A stretch of DNA of 62,299 nucleotides, counting the filler, from Rhizaria sp. SCN 62-66 (taxonomy: Eukaryota): assembly GCA_001724265.1 (NCBI GenBank). It is 5 parts of 5 records of this genome, joined end to end, with 100 filler letters (N's around TTAATTAATTAA, not from the genome) between each part and the next. Parts side by side here need not be neighbours in the genome. Positions count along the whole stretch, not along the records: positions 23,846 to 32,778 come from MEDY01000580.1; positions 32,879 to 53,064 come from MEDY01000581.1; 3 more parts are not named here. One strand, 5' to 3'. A model generated the notes under the pieces. It did not search any database. It was not told where the DNA came from and saw only the letters and a list, made by a program, of their open reading frames with translations. A program made the position numbers and the translations under genes. This document shows positions 24,295-36,008 of this stretch, one piece after another. The first letter of the stretch is position 1. Each line of letters opens with the position of its first letter.

Positions 24295-27200
24295 ATGATT
24301 GCACGCCCTTACTGCAGATTGCAGTTTTTGTTTGTGCTTGTGGCCTGTGCACTTGCGAGTGTCTTGGCGGCTCCCACCACGTTGTTTAGTGGCGTCTCTG
24401 TCGCGCCACTCAAGTCGCCTGACAACCGCATTGACGTCGGCTTTCTTATCTCTTGGACAGACTTTGAGAACCCGGATAAGAATAAGATCACTTCTTTGTT
24501 TAAGGTTCTTCAGACGTCTTCTGGTGCGCCTGTCATTGGCGCTGTTCAATATGCTGGCTTTGCTGACAACGTCGTCATTCCCGGCATTACTTTTAGCGCC
24601 TCGGCCATTAATAGTACTGGCCTGAGTGTGTCTGTTGCCATCTCTACTGCCGTATTCCCAGTTTCGGGCTCGATCGCCGTTGTCGCACCGTACGTGGCTT
24701 CCTCGCAGTTCCCATTTGCCGCTAGCTGTGGTTCCTCGGCTGTGTTTGCACTCTCTTCCGCCGACGATACGATTTTGTCTCTGGAGGGCTCTCTTACAGT
24801 GACGCGCAATATCCCGCCTTGCCAGACGGACAAGACTGTGCTCCAGACACCGACCTTCAGCGCTTCAGCCGGCACAGAGTACTCTTCGTTGCTGGGCGTG
24901 ACGTCGTGGCTGAGGTTCAACGCCGTCCACCTCCCTCCTGCGCCCAACAACGGCGGCGCGCGCCGCCTCGCCTTCGCTCTCTATCCCTGGTACCCGCGCC
25001 CCGCGGTGCCGGTCATCACCGGCATGTCCGCCGTCCCTGTGTCTGTGGGCTCTAACGCCACGCTGACGGCCAGCGTCACCGCGGCCGGCGCGATCGAGTT
25101 CTGGCTCTAGGGCAACACCAGCGGCTCTACCACTGACTCCTTCACCTATTTCCACTTCAACGTCACGTCGTTGACTGAGCAGTGCGGGTCCGTCACCAAC
25201 TACGCCTTTGGCATCCCCGCCAGCATGACTTCGCTGACGCTGGACGAGTCCGTGCAGCCGAACCTCAACTACCACCCCGTCGGCACCACACGCCAGGTTA
25301 CGAACGGTGCGTGCCCGCCGCGCTTCACCGGCGTCTCGCTCAACGCCGAGCGCGTGGGCACCAACGTCAGCGACGACACCAAGGCGCACAACAAGCTTGT
25401 CATTGCGTGGGACGGCTACACCAACCCTTCGGGCTCGCTTAAGGGCGGCAACACGACCGGCGGCTTCGAGGTGGTGCTCCTCAACCTCACGTCGGCTCCC
25501 GCCTCGCACCCGCTGAAGGACATCATCATGTACAACTATGCGACTGTGTGGGTCAACGACGTGCAGTACGCGACCTCGCTGTCGGACAACGTGCTCAACA
25601 CGACTTATACTAGCGGCATCACTGATACGGCCTCGGGCAAGATCGACATCAGCTTCTCCAGCCGCATCACCGCGTGCGGGACGTCCATGACGCTGGAGCT
25701 GAGCCCGACATACAGCGCCCAGTTCATGAAAAACTTGGCTCAGATGGACCCTCTCAACCCCACCTCGCTCATCGTTGTGTTCAAGCTCACCGAGGACTGC
25801 AAGCCGCCAATCACCGTCGGCGACGTTGCACTCACGCTCGTTGACGACTCGGCGGCATTCATCTACGCCAGCCACTACGCCAACATCGCATTTGACAGCA
25901 TCACTAACCTGCCTGCGGGCATCACCACGTCGGAGCTCAACTCATTCCTCACACTCACGCTTGTCACCGAAGCCTCCAGCGCCAGTCTGTCGCTAATCAT
26001 GGCGTCCCCGCCGGTGTGGGTCACTGCCAAAGGCACCATCGTTGACGACGTCGTCATCACCATTTCCTACGGGTTCATCCCCGACATGTACACGCTCACG
26101 GCCAGCTCGCGCTCCAACAGCTCGCTGCCCACCGCGGGCGCCATCCGCTTCCCGCTGGCCTTCGTAACGCCCGTGCCCTGCGGCAATACCGTACAGGTGA
26201 TCGTCAGCGCCGGCACCACGACGGCGAACCCCGGGTACGCGATCACCACCAAGTCGGGCGCCTCGCTCTCCGCTACTTCGGACCCGCTGCGGTGCCCAGC
26301 GGAGTTCACTGATGTGTCTGTGGCGTCAGCCGACATCCAGTCGAATAAGATGATCAAGCTGTCGTGGACGGGCTATACTAACGCCGCCGGCGCTGCACTC
26401 AGCAACGCCTTTATTTTCCGCCCTATGCAGAACTCGGCGCAGAGCCCGTCGCTGATTGACTCCGTGCCGACCGACCCCGTAGCCGTGACCAACACCAGCG
26501 GCGTCGCTGTGCAGGGCGTGACCGCGACCGTGGTGTACATTGCCGCCAGCAACTTACTCGTCGTCTCGCTCGCAGGCCCCGCTACCAGCGTCCCCGCCGC
26601 TGGCGCGCTTGCTTTTACGCCCGTGTACAAGGCCGACTCTTTATGCGATGCGTTGGGCTTCTCTTACAACGTCACTGCTTGTTCGCCGTATGTGCGTCAG
26701 GCGCCCAAGTCGGTGGCGGCGATTATTTTCCCGCGCCCTTGCGCATCTGTGAAGTTGACACTGGGGAGCGAGACGACTTCGCATGCGGCAGTCACTTCGA
26801 AACCCAATGGTGTGTACACCATCTCCGTCAAGTGGTCCGAGCTCAACACCGCCACGCCTATTACTACGCTGTTCACGCTCGTTGCCCCCGACTCCAACCC
26901 GCAGTGGCTGCACTCGGATGTCGTCGCCACCGTCCAGGCCCTCGGCCCCGCGGGCTCCCCGCTCCCCGGGGTGACAATTTTTGCTGACGTAATGCCGTCG
27001 TCGCGCAGCGTCGCCGTCTCCTTCAACATCTCCTCCTTGCAGCCCGCTGAGGGCACGCTGGTGCTCACGCTGAGCAACCTGCTTATTACATACATGTGCG
27101 CCGCTACGGCGCTCACGCCCTCGCCACGCGTTCTCACGCTCTCGGCGCCCGCGACGCTGAAATTTAATGCTGGCAGCATCAACTCCGTTTCTTTGCCTTA

Positions 27201-29805
27201 CGACCGCTGCAACGCCACGTGGGTGTGCACGGATAACCGTGTGCCGTGCAACGTCGAGGTCGAGACCCACTACGCCACCACCTGTCCCACCAACTGCGGC
27301 GAGACTAAGCGCAAGCTCAACGTCCACGGCTGCGCCAACACGTTCCAGGGCTTCGACGCCGGCAACGCCACCGCCGACGTCTGCGGCGCTGAGCTCACGA
27401 ACACGCGCGACTGCTTCGACTGGACCTGTCCCGACGCTATGTGGCTGTGCCGCGCGAACAGCGCGACCGCCTGGCTCAAGTGCGAGGCCGAAACGGGCTT
27501 CACGACATGCGAGACCAAGAACGGCTGTTACACTGGCGTAACCCGCACCCGCGACCTAAAGTGCGTGCCGCATCAGAACGACGACACCGATCTCGGTCAG
27601 CACTGTCCGGCGACGGTTCAGGCGAAGAAGCCTGAGGCAAGCAGCAAGTGCGCGGACAAGATCGACCGCTGCGCGGCCAAGGACTCCAAAGCCCCCGAGT
27701 GCTACCTCGACGGCAGCGATACTAAGGCGTACTGCTCTAACGCGGCCAGCAAGGCGTATCGCACCGCGGCGTGCTGGGACTCGGCCGCCAACGCGGCCGC
27801 CGACTCGACTGCGCTGTGCGCTGCGGCAAACGTCACGCTCAAGACCGAGTGCTCGACGCTGCCCGCGTCGTGCTCGGCGACTCTGGGCTGGCTGTCGACC
27901 GACGGCGCGTGCCTGACGGCAGACGTGGCGGCCCTGTGCGCGTCCGTGCAGCCTCTGAACGTGGGGTGTGGTTACTACAACGCCAACAACACGCTTGTCT
28001 CTACGCTCGAGTACGTCTGCACTGACAAGCTTGCCTCCCAGACGCCCAAGCCGCAGGACTGGAAGATGTGCTCCCAGCCCGCGGTGAAGTGCGATGCGGC
28101 GTACGGCACGTGCACTGTTGCCCAGACCGTGAGCACCGGCGATCGCTCGTGGTCGAACCTCGCTAAGTCATGCAACTGCCTCTACGGCTCCCACGGCGCC
28201 GCGTGTGGCACGCACGTGTCAATTACAAACGTCACCGTCGCTAAGGACGCTGCTGCCACGGGCGAGGACCTCGGCTTCTTCTACAAGGCGACATGGACAG
28301 TGGTTAACAACAACGAGTACCGCGCCAAGTTTACTCTCATAAGGTCGACTTCGAACGAACGCATCGTGCTCTCTGAGCGCACCGTCGCAGGCGGCTCATA
28401 CACTTTCAACCTGCTGGACACGGAGGGCGGCGCCGCGCCGGGTAACTACACGCTGGAGATCCGCATCAGCTCGCTCATCACGGTTGTGTCGCCCGCGTTT
28501 GTGGTGACGCTGATGTGTGATGGTCGCTGCAAAAACGGTGGGACATGCTCGGCCGTGACGGGCGTGTGCGCGTGCAAGGGCCAGTGGTCGGGCGCGTTTT
28601 GCGACATCAGCCCCTGCGACACAGCCGGCTGCAGCGCCATCGGCACTCAGATCGAGAACCCCTGCACCGTGGTCAACGACCGCGCCAAGTGCAACTGCCT
28701 CACTAACGACGCTGATGATGCCTCGCTGTTCCAGGACGACAAGTGTGTTGTGCCCGTGTCCGGCTGCAGCGTGAAGTGCGCCAACGGTGGCAAACCCTCA
28801 GCCACGGTCGTCAACGGCACCGTGACATGCTCCGGCAAGTGCGATTGCGGCGCTGCGGCGGCGCTCTACAACGGCAACTTATGCGACGTGTGCATCAACC
28901 CGTGCGCGGCCGCTGGCGTGCTCCCCAACGGCGGCTCCGTGTGCGGCAAGTGCGTTTGCAAGGCCGGACACTCGGGCAAGCTCTGCGGCTGCCGCCACGC
29001 CACGCTCACGCTCTTGTTCAAGCCTTCCGCGAGCGTGGCGTGGTACTTTGACGACGCTGATGTCACGCGCGAGGACCGTCTGCCCGTGTTCATGTCGGAG
29101 CTCGAGAGCGATCTTGTTACCGTTTTTGCCGTTCCCGGCGTCTACGCCACTGTTGCTTCGCACGTGCGCGGCACCATCCGCGATTCTGTTGCCGGCGACA
29201 AGGCTATGCGCGTTATCGTCCGTGTCGGTCCTAGCTGTGCTGAGGACCAGCCCGCCTCTGTCGCTACATACCCTATCTTTGACGCCGCACTGGCTTCTTT
29301 CGCTGCGCAGTCCACCGGCTTCTCCGCCGCAGGCTTCTCGCTGCTGTCCACGGACATGATGTCGACGTACACCGCGCTGAACAATCTCAACATCGCCGTG
29401 TTGGCCTCCCTCGAAGACCCGACCTCGTCCACGCTCGGCAGCGCACTGTCTGCGAGCGAGAGCAATAGCTACGCCATCGCTGACGAGGGCTGCACCGCGG
29501 ACTGCGGCGCCGTCGTGCCTCAGGGCACGGGCATCCCGGACTTCGTGCCCGAGGGTGATGATGGCGGCGACGAGCCTGACTCGGAGCCTGACTCGTCCTC
29601 GGGGCTCACGGAGAAGATCATCGTCGGCGTCGTCGTTGGCGGTGGCTGTCTGCTGATCATCATCCTCATCGTCGTCCTCTGCAAGTGCGGCTGCTGCGCC
29701 GGCTGCTGCGGCAGCTCGCCCAGCTCGTCTGGCGCTGGGTACAATGAGAAGGGAACAGGAAACAACGTCGAGATGACTGCCTCGGGCTCTAACTACGAAG
29801 TGTAA
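24295..29805 (+). CDS. Type I cell-surface protein (~1,836 aa) with signal peptide, beta-rich domains, TSP1-like and EGF-like repeats, TM helix and Cys-rich cytoplasmic tail; one in-frame TAG
   Basis: Signal-like LQFLFVLVACALASVLAA, EGF CKNGGTCSAVTGVCACKGQWSGAFC, TM IIVGVVVGGGCLLIIILIVVL followed by CKCGCCAGCC. ORFs 24172-25110 and 25171-29805 share a frame and are separated only by TAG 25108-25110. Ends TAA. Confidence 0.85.
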
Positions 29806-30489
29806 GCCAGCGTGCAAAGCAGAATAGTAATTCTCTTCCGGGTGAGACTGGACCGTCTTCTCACCATTTACGTCTTCACACTTGTATATCTTTTACAAAT
29901 AATATTATTACCTACGTTTCCAACTTGATTAATTTGTTATTTCTCATTTTAAGCTACGTTTCTTTCTTGAGTTGCTCCGAATCTCGTAGTGGTGAACATA
30001 TTGAGCGTTGTGAGGAGTGCAATGTACAGCGCATTCTTTCAATCAAACTTTGAAATACAGTCTTGTGTTTTGTCTTTTTGGGAATGTGAGAATTGCTATT
30101 TAGTCATCACCTTTTTTGTTTGCTCGACCAGCGTGTCCCGTACTTTCAACGGTTCACAGTGATCTATACCAATAATGAGAACCTATATGCTAGTCGCGAC
30201 ACATTTTATTTTTATTTTTTATTTTCGCGACTGAGAAGCTCGTCGGTCAACGGGCACATGAACAAATTGCAGATACAATATATACATATTAATATGTATG
30301 GATATGAAAACATACCGCCAATTTATTCATTATAAAAAAAAACATACTGAGTAGTGTTTTTGCCCGGTTAGACGCGCGTTATCATATTCCCTCGATGTGA
30401 CTCACATGCATGCTCTATTCATGTCCGACTAATAGCTGAGTTATTCTTACGTTCTCGCGTCTTCAACGTCTCTTGTCGACGGCCCGCCA

Positions 30490-32009
30490 ATGTCTCAGCG
30501 CGTTGCCGTCATCACCGGAGCATTGAGCACTGCCCCCCAGCAGCCCCCTACTGTCCCTGGCGCGTGTACAAGCACGCACACGGACAGGGATGCGCTCAGC
30601 CACGGCCCAGTGTCTGAGCTCGCGGCGTTGCGCCACAACGATAGCCAGCTTGCCGCGGTCTCGCACGGTCCGGCACCGCTCAAACCAGCCACATGAGCCT
30701 CCGCGGGTGCCCACGCAGGCACCGGCGCTGTTGCAAGCGCCTGCGGTGCCGCGGGGGTGCCAAAGGCAGTCCCGCCTGTCCACCGAAGTTAGACACTTTG
30801 AGCTCCCAGTTAGAAGGCACGGACTGCGCCAGCGCCGCAGCCGCCTCACCACTCCAAAACACGGGCGCGGGACTAGGCTCAACGCCGTCGTCGCTCGCGG
30901 CGCCGACGAGCCCCGCCGCGTCGGTGTCTGCGTCCGTGACTTTGCCTTCCCCGCTGCATACGCGGGACCGCTGGCGCTGTCACTCGAGGACGCGCGGTCG
31001 TTCTCCTCGCTGGCGTCACTGCTAGCCGCCGCAGTCTCCGCGTCCGTTTATCACGGCGACGACCACGGCGACCATAGCGACGCCGACGATGGCGACGTGG
31101 GCGGCCCAGGGCGGCGGTTTTACGAGGGCAACAGTGACGTGTTTGCTCCTCTGTCAGAGCTTTCCTTTTCTCTTTACACCGCGGCTCGTGGGGACTGCAC
31201 CGCCGCCGCCGCGGTCGTTACCATCACTGCCGCCACCACTGCCGCCGCCGCGGCCACAGACACTGCCACCCCCGATACTGCCGGCGCGGCGGGCACTGAC
31301 CGTGGGCATGATGGCCTGGGCGCGGGCGCGCGCGCTAATAAGGCCGGCTTCCGTGGACTCCCCGAAGCATAACGGGCTGCGCCGACGTTTTCCTCACAGT
31401 CACAGCACACGTCAGCCCAGGCCTGGCGACAGCCGCGCAGACGCCTCTGGGCAAGCGCTTGGGCCTTTCTACTGTGTCGTCGCTGTTCCCCCTGTCCAGC
31501 ACGTTCTTCATTGTGCTTACGCGCGCGACTCGGCTGCGCGCGCTGTCGACCGCTTTTGAGGTTGCGCCGCTGCCGAAGAACAGTAGAGTTAGACCAACAC
31601 CTTGAGGAACGCACTGACGAAAGCTCCTGAGGGTGACATGCTTATGTCACAAGCCATGGTTGACTCAGGTGCACTCATCTACTGCGCCAACACACTGCTC
31701 TCCATTGCTGCTTTGACTGCACCACCACGAGGTAAGTCACTGAAGCAGCTGTGTGAGGCAGTGCGCATCCTGATTCAGACTGGCAACACGAGCCCGGACC
31801 CCGCGGTGTTGTCCGAGGGCACCCAGCCGCGCAACGTGTTCCTGGCAGACTTCTTTGCGACGGGCAGCCGCAGCGCGCTGGTGGAGCTATTGAGGAATGA
31901 AGCTATGGGCGTCGGAGAGCAGGAGGAGGTTCTGCAGCTGAACAGGGTAGTGACGGACATTGTGGGCGACATCATAACAGAGGGAGTTGCGCCACAACTT
32001 GCCGAGTGA
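30490..32009 (+). pseudogene. Fragmented/chimeric paralog of the ARM-repeat genes at 54495 and 57990
   Basis: 31602-32009 (PDPAVLSEGTQPRNVFLADFFA…DIVGD) matches the C-terminal part of the 57990 protein (PDPAVVTEGSAPRNEFLAAFFA…DIVGD). VRDFAFP…DVFAPL weakly resembles VRAFARP…GLWEPL of the 54854 ORF. Several frame breaks. Confidence 0.6.
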
Positions 32010-32509
32010 TGACGCCAGTTTATGTTTATTTGAACAAAAATACGAGATTTCATTTTACGCACAGTATTTTACGCGTTCTACATGTATTCTTGGCGTTCAT
32101 CTTTTTGATTTCCTTTAGCTGCAAACCTTCACCGTAACTTACTCTCACAAATTAAACTCGGTATGGACAGTTATGCGCTGAATTGTGATTAAAAAAACAA
32201 AGTATGATGTATAGAGTAGTATCGGTATAAGCGGACTATAATTCACTTGAGTAAAATCTCACCATCCATGCTTTTCTCAAATCATACTTTTCAAACCCTC
32301 AAATAAAACTCAGTGACTTCATAGGTCAACCCTCACACACACACACTCTGTCCATCATATTGTTATCATAAAAAAAAATTGCCAGCATAATGTTCGATGA
32401 CGTTTACCAACAACGACCTCACCACGTTCAAAACGCCCTCGAACAACGCCCATCCATCGGCATGGTCATCTGTGGGCTCTCAACACGAGTTCGATGAACA
32501 CTCGTTTCG

Positions 32510-32778
32510 TTAACCCATGTTTGCCACTAGTTTGCTGACCATATCCGTCAGCTGAGCCACCTGCTGCTCGAGCTCACTAACTCGTTTCTGTAAGCGCTTG
32601 TGGGAAGCGTGTTGCAAGCCGTGCAGATGAGTGAAGTTGATAGACTCGACTTTTCCATCTCGATGTGTCTGCAACGACTCCATCACATCCTCGGCGATGT
32701 AGCCATAGTTGACAGCACCAGTTTTGTCGATGTCTGCATTGTATTTAAAGCTCACAGGCACCATCTTATCGTAGGCAT
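32510..32778 (-). CDS. Peptidase S74 / intramolecular chaperone (tail-fibre chaperone-like) C-terminal fragment, truncated by contig end
   Basis: PVSFKYN…YGYIAEDV…SINFTHL…ASHKRLQKRVSELEQQVAQL matches the Pv.f.y…GfIAqdv…vdY…coiled-coil pattern. Ends TAA. Confidence 0.75.
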
Positions 32779-32878
32779 NNNNNNNNNNNNNNNNNNNNNN
32801 NNNNNNNNNNNNNNNNNNNNNNTTAATTAATTAANNNNNNNNNNNNNNNNNNNNNNNNNNNNNNNNNNNNNNNNNNNN
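32779..32878. other. Artificial contig spacer
   Basis: 44 N + TTAATTAATTAA + 44 N. Confidence 0.99.
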
Positions 32879-34199
32879 CTGAATATAATTCGAATTATAT
32901 GTATTTAAATGCTTATCATTTACACAAGAAACACCACTTTTGAACACAGAAACACCACCTTTGGACACAGCGAGGGGGAATACACCGTGGCCCGTCTTCG
33001 TCACCGTCTCACATGCTTTTTTATGTAAAATGTCGTGCGTCACAGAAGAACGAATAATACGCATATGCTAGCAAAAGAGTGGGCTTGGGTAAGCTCCAGC
33101 CGCGCTGCTGTGGTGAGGACGCAGTATCACAAAACAAGCACTATTTGAAAGGCTTTTAGCCAATTGCAAGAGCAAAGTAAGCAGAAAAATAGCGTGGTGA
33201 AATAAAAAGCAGATTTGATCGCCAAATAGGCATGTATTGATCTCCAAAAATGAATCACCCCACAATACCAAGGAGCAAGGCAAGAAAAATGAATTTGCAC
33301 CGGACTCATGCTGCCAACTGGGGCAACAGACTGGTAAACGTGTTTTGTGGTCAGCGAAGGGTGGGGGACCCTCGTGGTTGTATGTATTAATAGGCTGTAT
33401 GAAGGGTAGACACGGATGTTAACGTAGATGGCATGACCTTCTCAATTATTGTAAAGAATACAAAGTGAAGAGTCCGACTCTCAGCTGCGGTTGAGGTTGA
33501 TGTCAGAGGAGAGGGCCGGGCGGCTGTTGCAACCATAACCTGACCAGTTTGAACCGATGTCGTCGAGAACAGAGAGGGGGGCCGAGTACGGAGCATCTAC
33601 GAACTGTTGCCCACCATAAACGACGGTTGGCACCGTCGTTGATACGAAGACGATGCTGCATAGACGACCCGATTGAGCATCATCATCGAGCTCCAGAGAA
33701 CACAATGTGACGTGTTGCTGACCGCAATGGACACGGAAACTAGCTCAAACGAATAAAATGTCAATTTCTAACCCGATTACGCTTTATTACGAGATAAGCT
33801 TGGATGCTCATGAGGCCTTAAAGTAGAGCAGACATATGGTCAAAACGGTCAAAATCTTTTTTGTGGTGGACATCCTCGATCGAATGGCGACATTGAGTTA
33901 GGGTGGCGGCTCTCAGAGGAACTTTGGAGTGAGGAAAACGGCATGCAGACAGATATTCTTGATACGAGAATGGTTGCTTATTGTTATGTTTGTTGTGTTT
34001 TGTTTGCTTTGTTTGATGGCAGTGTTTGACATTTGTTTTATGAGGCAGGAAGGGGGTCGAGTTGATGTCGCCACCAGCGCAAGCGCGGAGTTGGGCCTTT
34101 TTGGTTGCTCGCCCTCCTTCACACCGACCATGGAATGGTTTGCCTCTTGCTAACCGCTTACCTTCTGTTGTTGTCTGTTTGCTTTTCTTGCGCAGAGGC

Positions 34200-36008
34200 A
34201 TGGCGACGCGTGAGGAGCACGTTCGCTCTCTGGAGCACATCAACGCTCGCCTCATCGAGGTCAGTAAGGCTTTAAGGACCGATGACAAAGAGCACTTCGC
34301 GATCATCCAGGCGAAGCTGGACAAACTTGATCTGGAGAAGGACCTCCTCGAGGCCAAGATTGATGTCCACGACAAGGTGGACGGGGCTCAGGAGCGGGTT
34401 ACTCGCTCCCAAGAAGCCCTCGACGCCTTCAAGCGCTCTGCGGCGGCACCACCTGTCGGTACGTTTCTGTTTGCTGCTTGCTGTTGCTCTTTGCTGTTGC
34501 TCTGTTGCCGTGCTTGTTTGACTGCTGTTTAGTATTGTTGGCTCACCTTTCTCTCTCTCTCTCACACACACTCACTTAGCGATGACGCCGTACGAGACAA
34601 CACTGCTCACGACGCTCGCTCAAGTTGCGACGGCACCGGCGCCTGACTTGCACATCCCCGAGCAGACGGTCGTGCTGAGCGCTGCTACCCCGTCAGTGCA
34701 AGCCAGCGGCGTCACCGGTTTCGTCCCTTTTTACGGAGCGGTGCGCACCTTCCTCGCCACCCAGGTCTCGCTTGAGGATACTGAAAACCAGTTGATTTAC
34801 CGCAACGACTCGTGGAACGCTGTCGTGCTCGCGGTCGCCAACGAGCCAACGAAGCCCCTTTACCGTTTGGTGCGCAACTCCCAATCGGCCACGTCGCAGC
34901 ACGGCGCATCAACCTTCAATCCTCAGTCCCGCCCCGATCCGAGGAAAAGGCCGCTGACGGCATCTTGGAGGCGGTCAAAGACATCACCGACAAGTTTTGG
35001 TTTGGCCCATTTTTCCAAGATTGCGTCGACGGCGTGTTGGGCGTGGCCTTTGATGCCAGGACTCTCCATCTCTACCAGCTCATTGGCAAAACACAATAGC
35101 TCATCGCTACGGCTGACCTGACGACGGACGATGGCAAGGCCAAGGCGCTGAAGCTGGCCGTGAACGTGGGCCGCTGGCTCCGCCACGTCCGCGAGGAGCA
35201 GCTTGTTGGCAAGTGGAAGAGGTGTATCGATGTGGGTGACCACTCTATCGAGTTGTCGTCCAAGGGCGCGGTCAAGCGGCTACCCCTCGAGCCCAACCAG
35301 GTCGACTGGATGCACCAGGTCTATCACAGCGATATTCCCTGCAGGGAGAGTCTGGAAGGGGACATCATGAAAGTCGCGGGCGGCAAATACGAGATGACCC
35401 TCTTACCCATCGGCATGCCGCTGGACGAGCTACTCAGCCGCGGTAAGGTGACCGACCCGATGCCCGTGCTGAAGGCCATTCTCTCGTTCTTCGTGGGGCT
35501 GCACGCGATTGGCTTCGTGTATATCGATCTGCGCCCGTCCAACGTCATTCGCGCTAACGAGGGCTACCTCGTCATCGACCTCGAGTTTGTGCGCCCCGTG
35601 AACGAGGCTGTGCCCGCCAACCTCAAGTGCCGAAGCGTACTGGAGAAGGCGCAATTCCCGAAGATGGGCATGACGGCGTCGACGTGCATGGACTTGGTGA
35701 TGCTGCACGAGCTCATGGTCACCTGCGGGTGGACCAACTAGCAGGATCCCCACTACGGTGCGCTTCTCGCGTACCTCGCGCAGGTCCGTCCCGCGACGGG
35801 GCACACGGCCAGCACGGCGCTCGACATCCTCAACACCCCCGTGAAGCAGGTGTTGCAGCCTGCGAAGAAGTCGAGGACACATCCTCAACACCGCCACGAA
35901 GCAGGTGTCGCAGCCTGCGAAGAAGTTGAGGGCGACGAAGATGTAGCGCTAATAATAGACGAACAGCAAGACAATCAAAAAGGTATGCAATCCTCAAAGG
36001 GCAAGTAA
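34200..36008 (+). CDS. Crinkler-like effector architecture: coiled-coil N-terminus, PD-(D/E)xK-like nuclease module, protein kinase-like domain; one frameshift, so possibly a pseudogene
   Basis: Intron 34459-34579 (GTACGT..TAG). SRPD…EEK…AVKDITDKF motif with a frameshift near 34935. Kinase motifs LHAIGFVYIDLRPSNVI and YLVIDLEF. In-frame TAG at 35097-35099 and 35739-35741. Confidence 0.7.
35825..35932 (+). repeat. Imperfect tandem duplication (~55-bp unit x2)
   Basis: acatcctcaacacc…gaagcaggtgt..cagcctgcgaagaagt.gagg occurs twice in succession. Confidence 0.85.

Noticed and set aside
31584-31592. Two TAGs just upstream of the ARM fragment, one roughly aligning to Leu in the paralog
   Set aside because: They lie at a chimeric junction just after a TGA and could be splice acceptors, so they were not counted as recoding evidence.
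33068-33705. Short minus-strand ORFs with protein-like stretches
   Set aside because: Fragmentary with no recognisable motif; cannot be supported.
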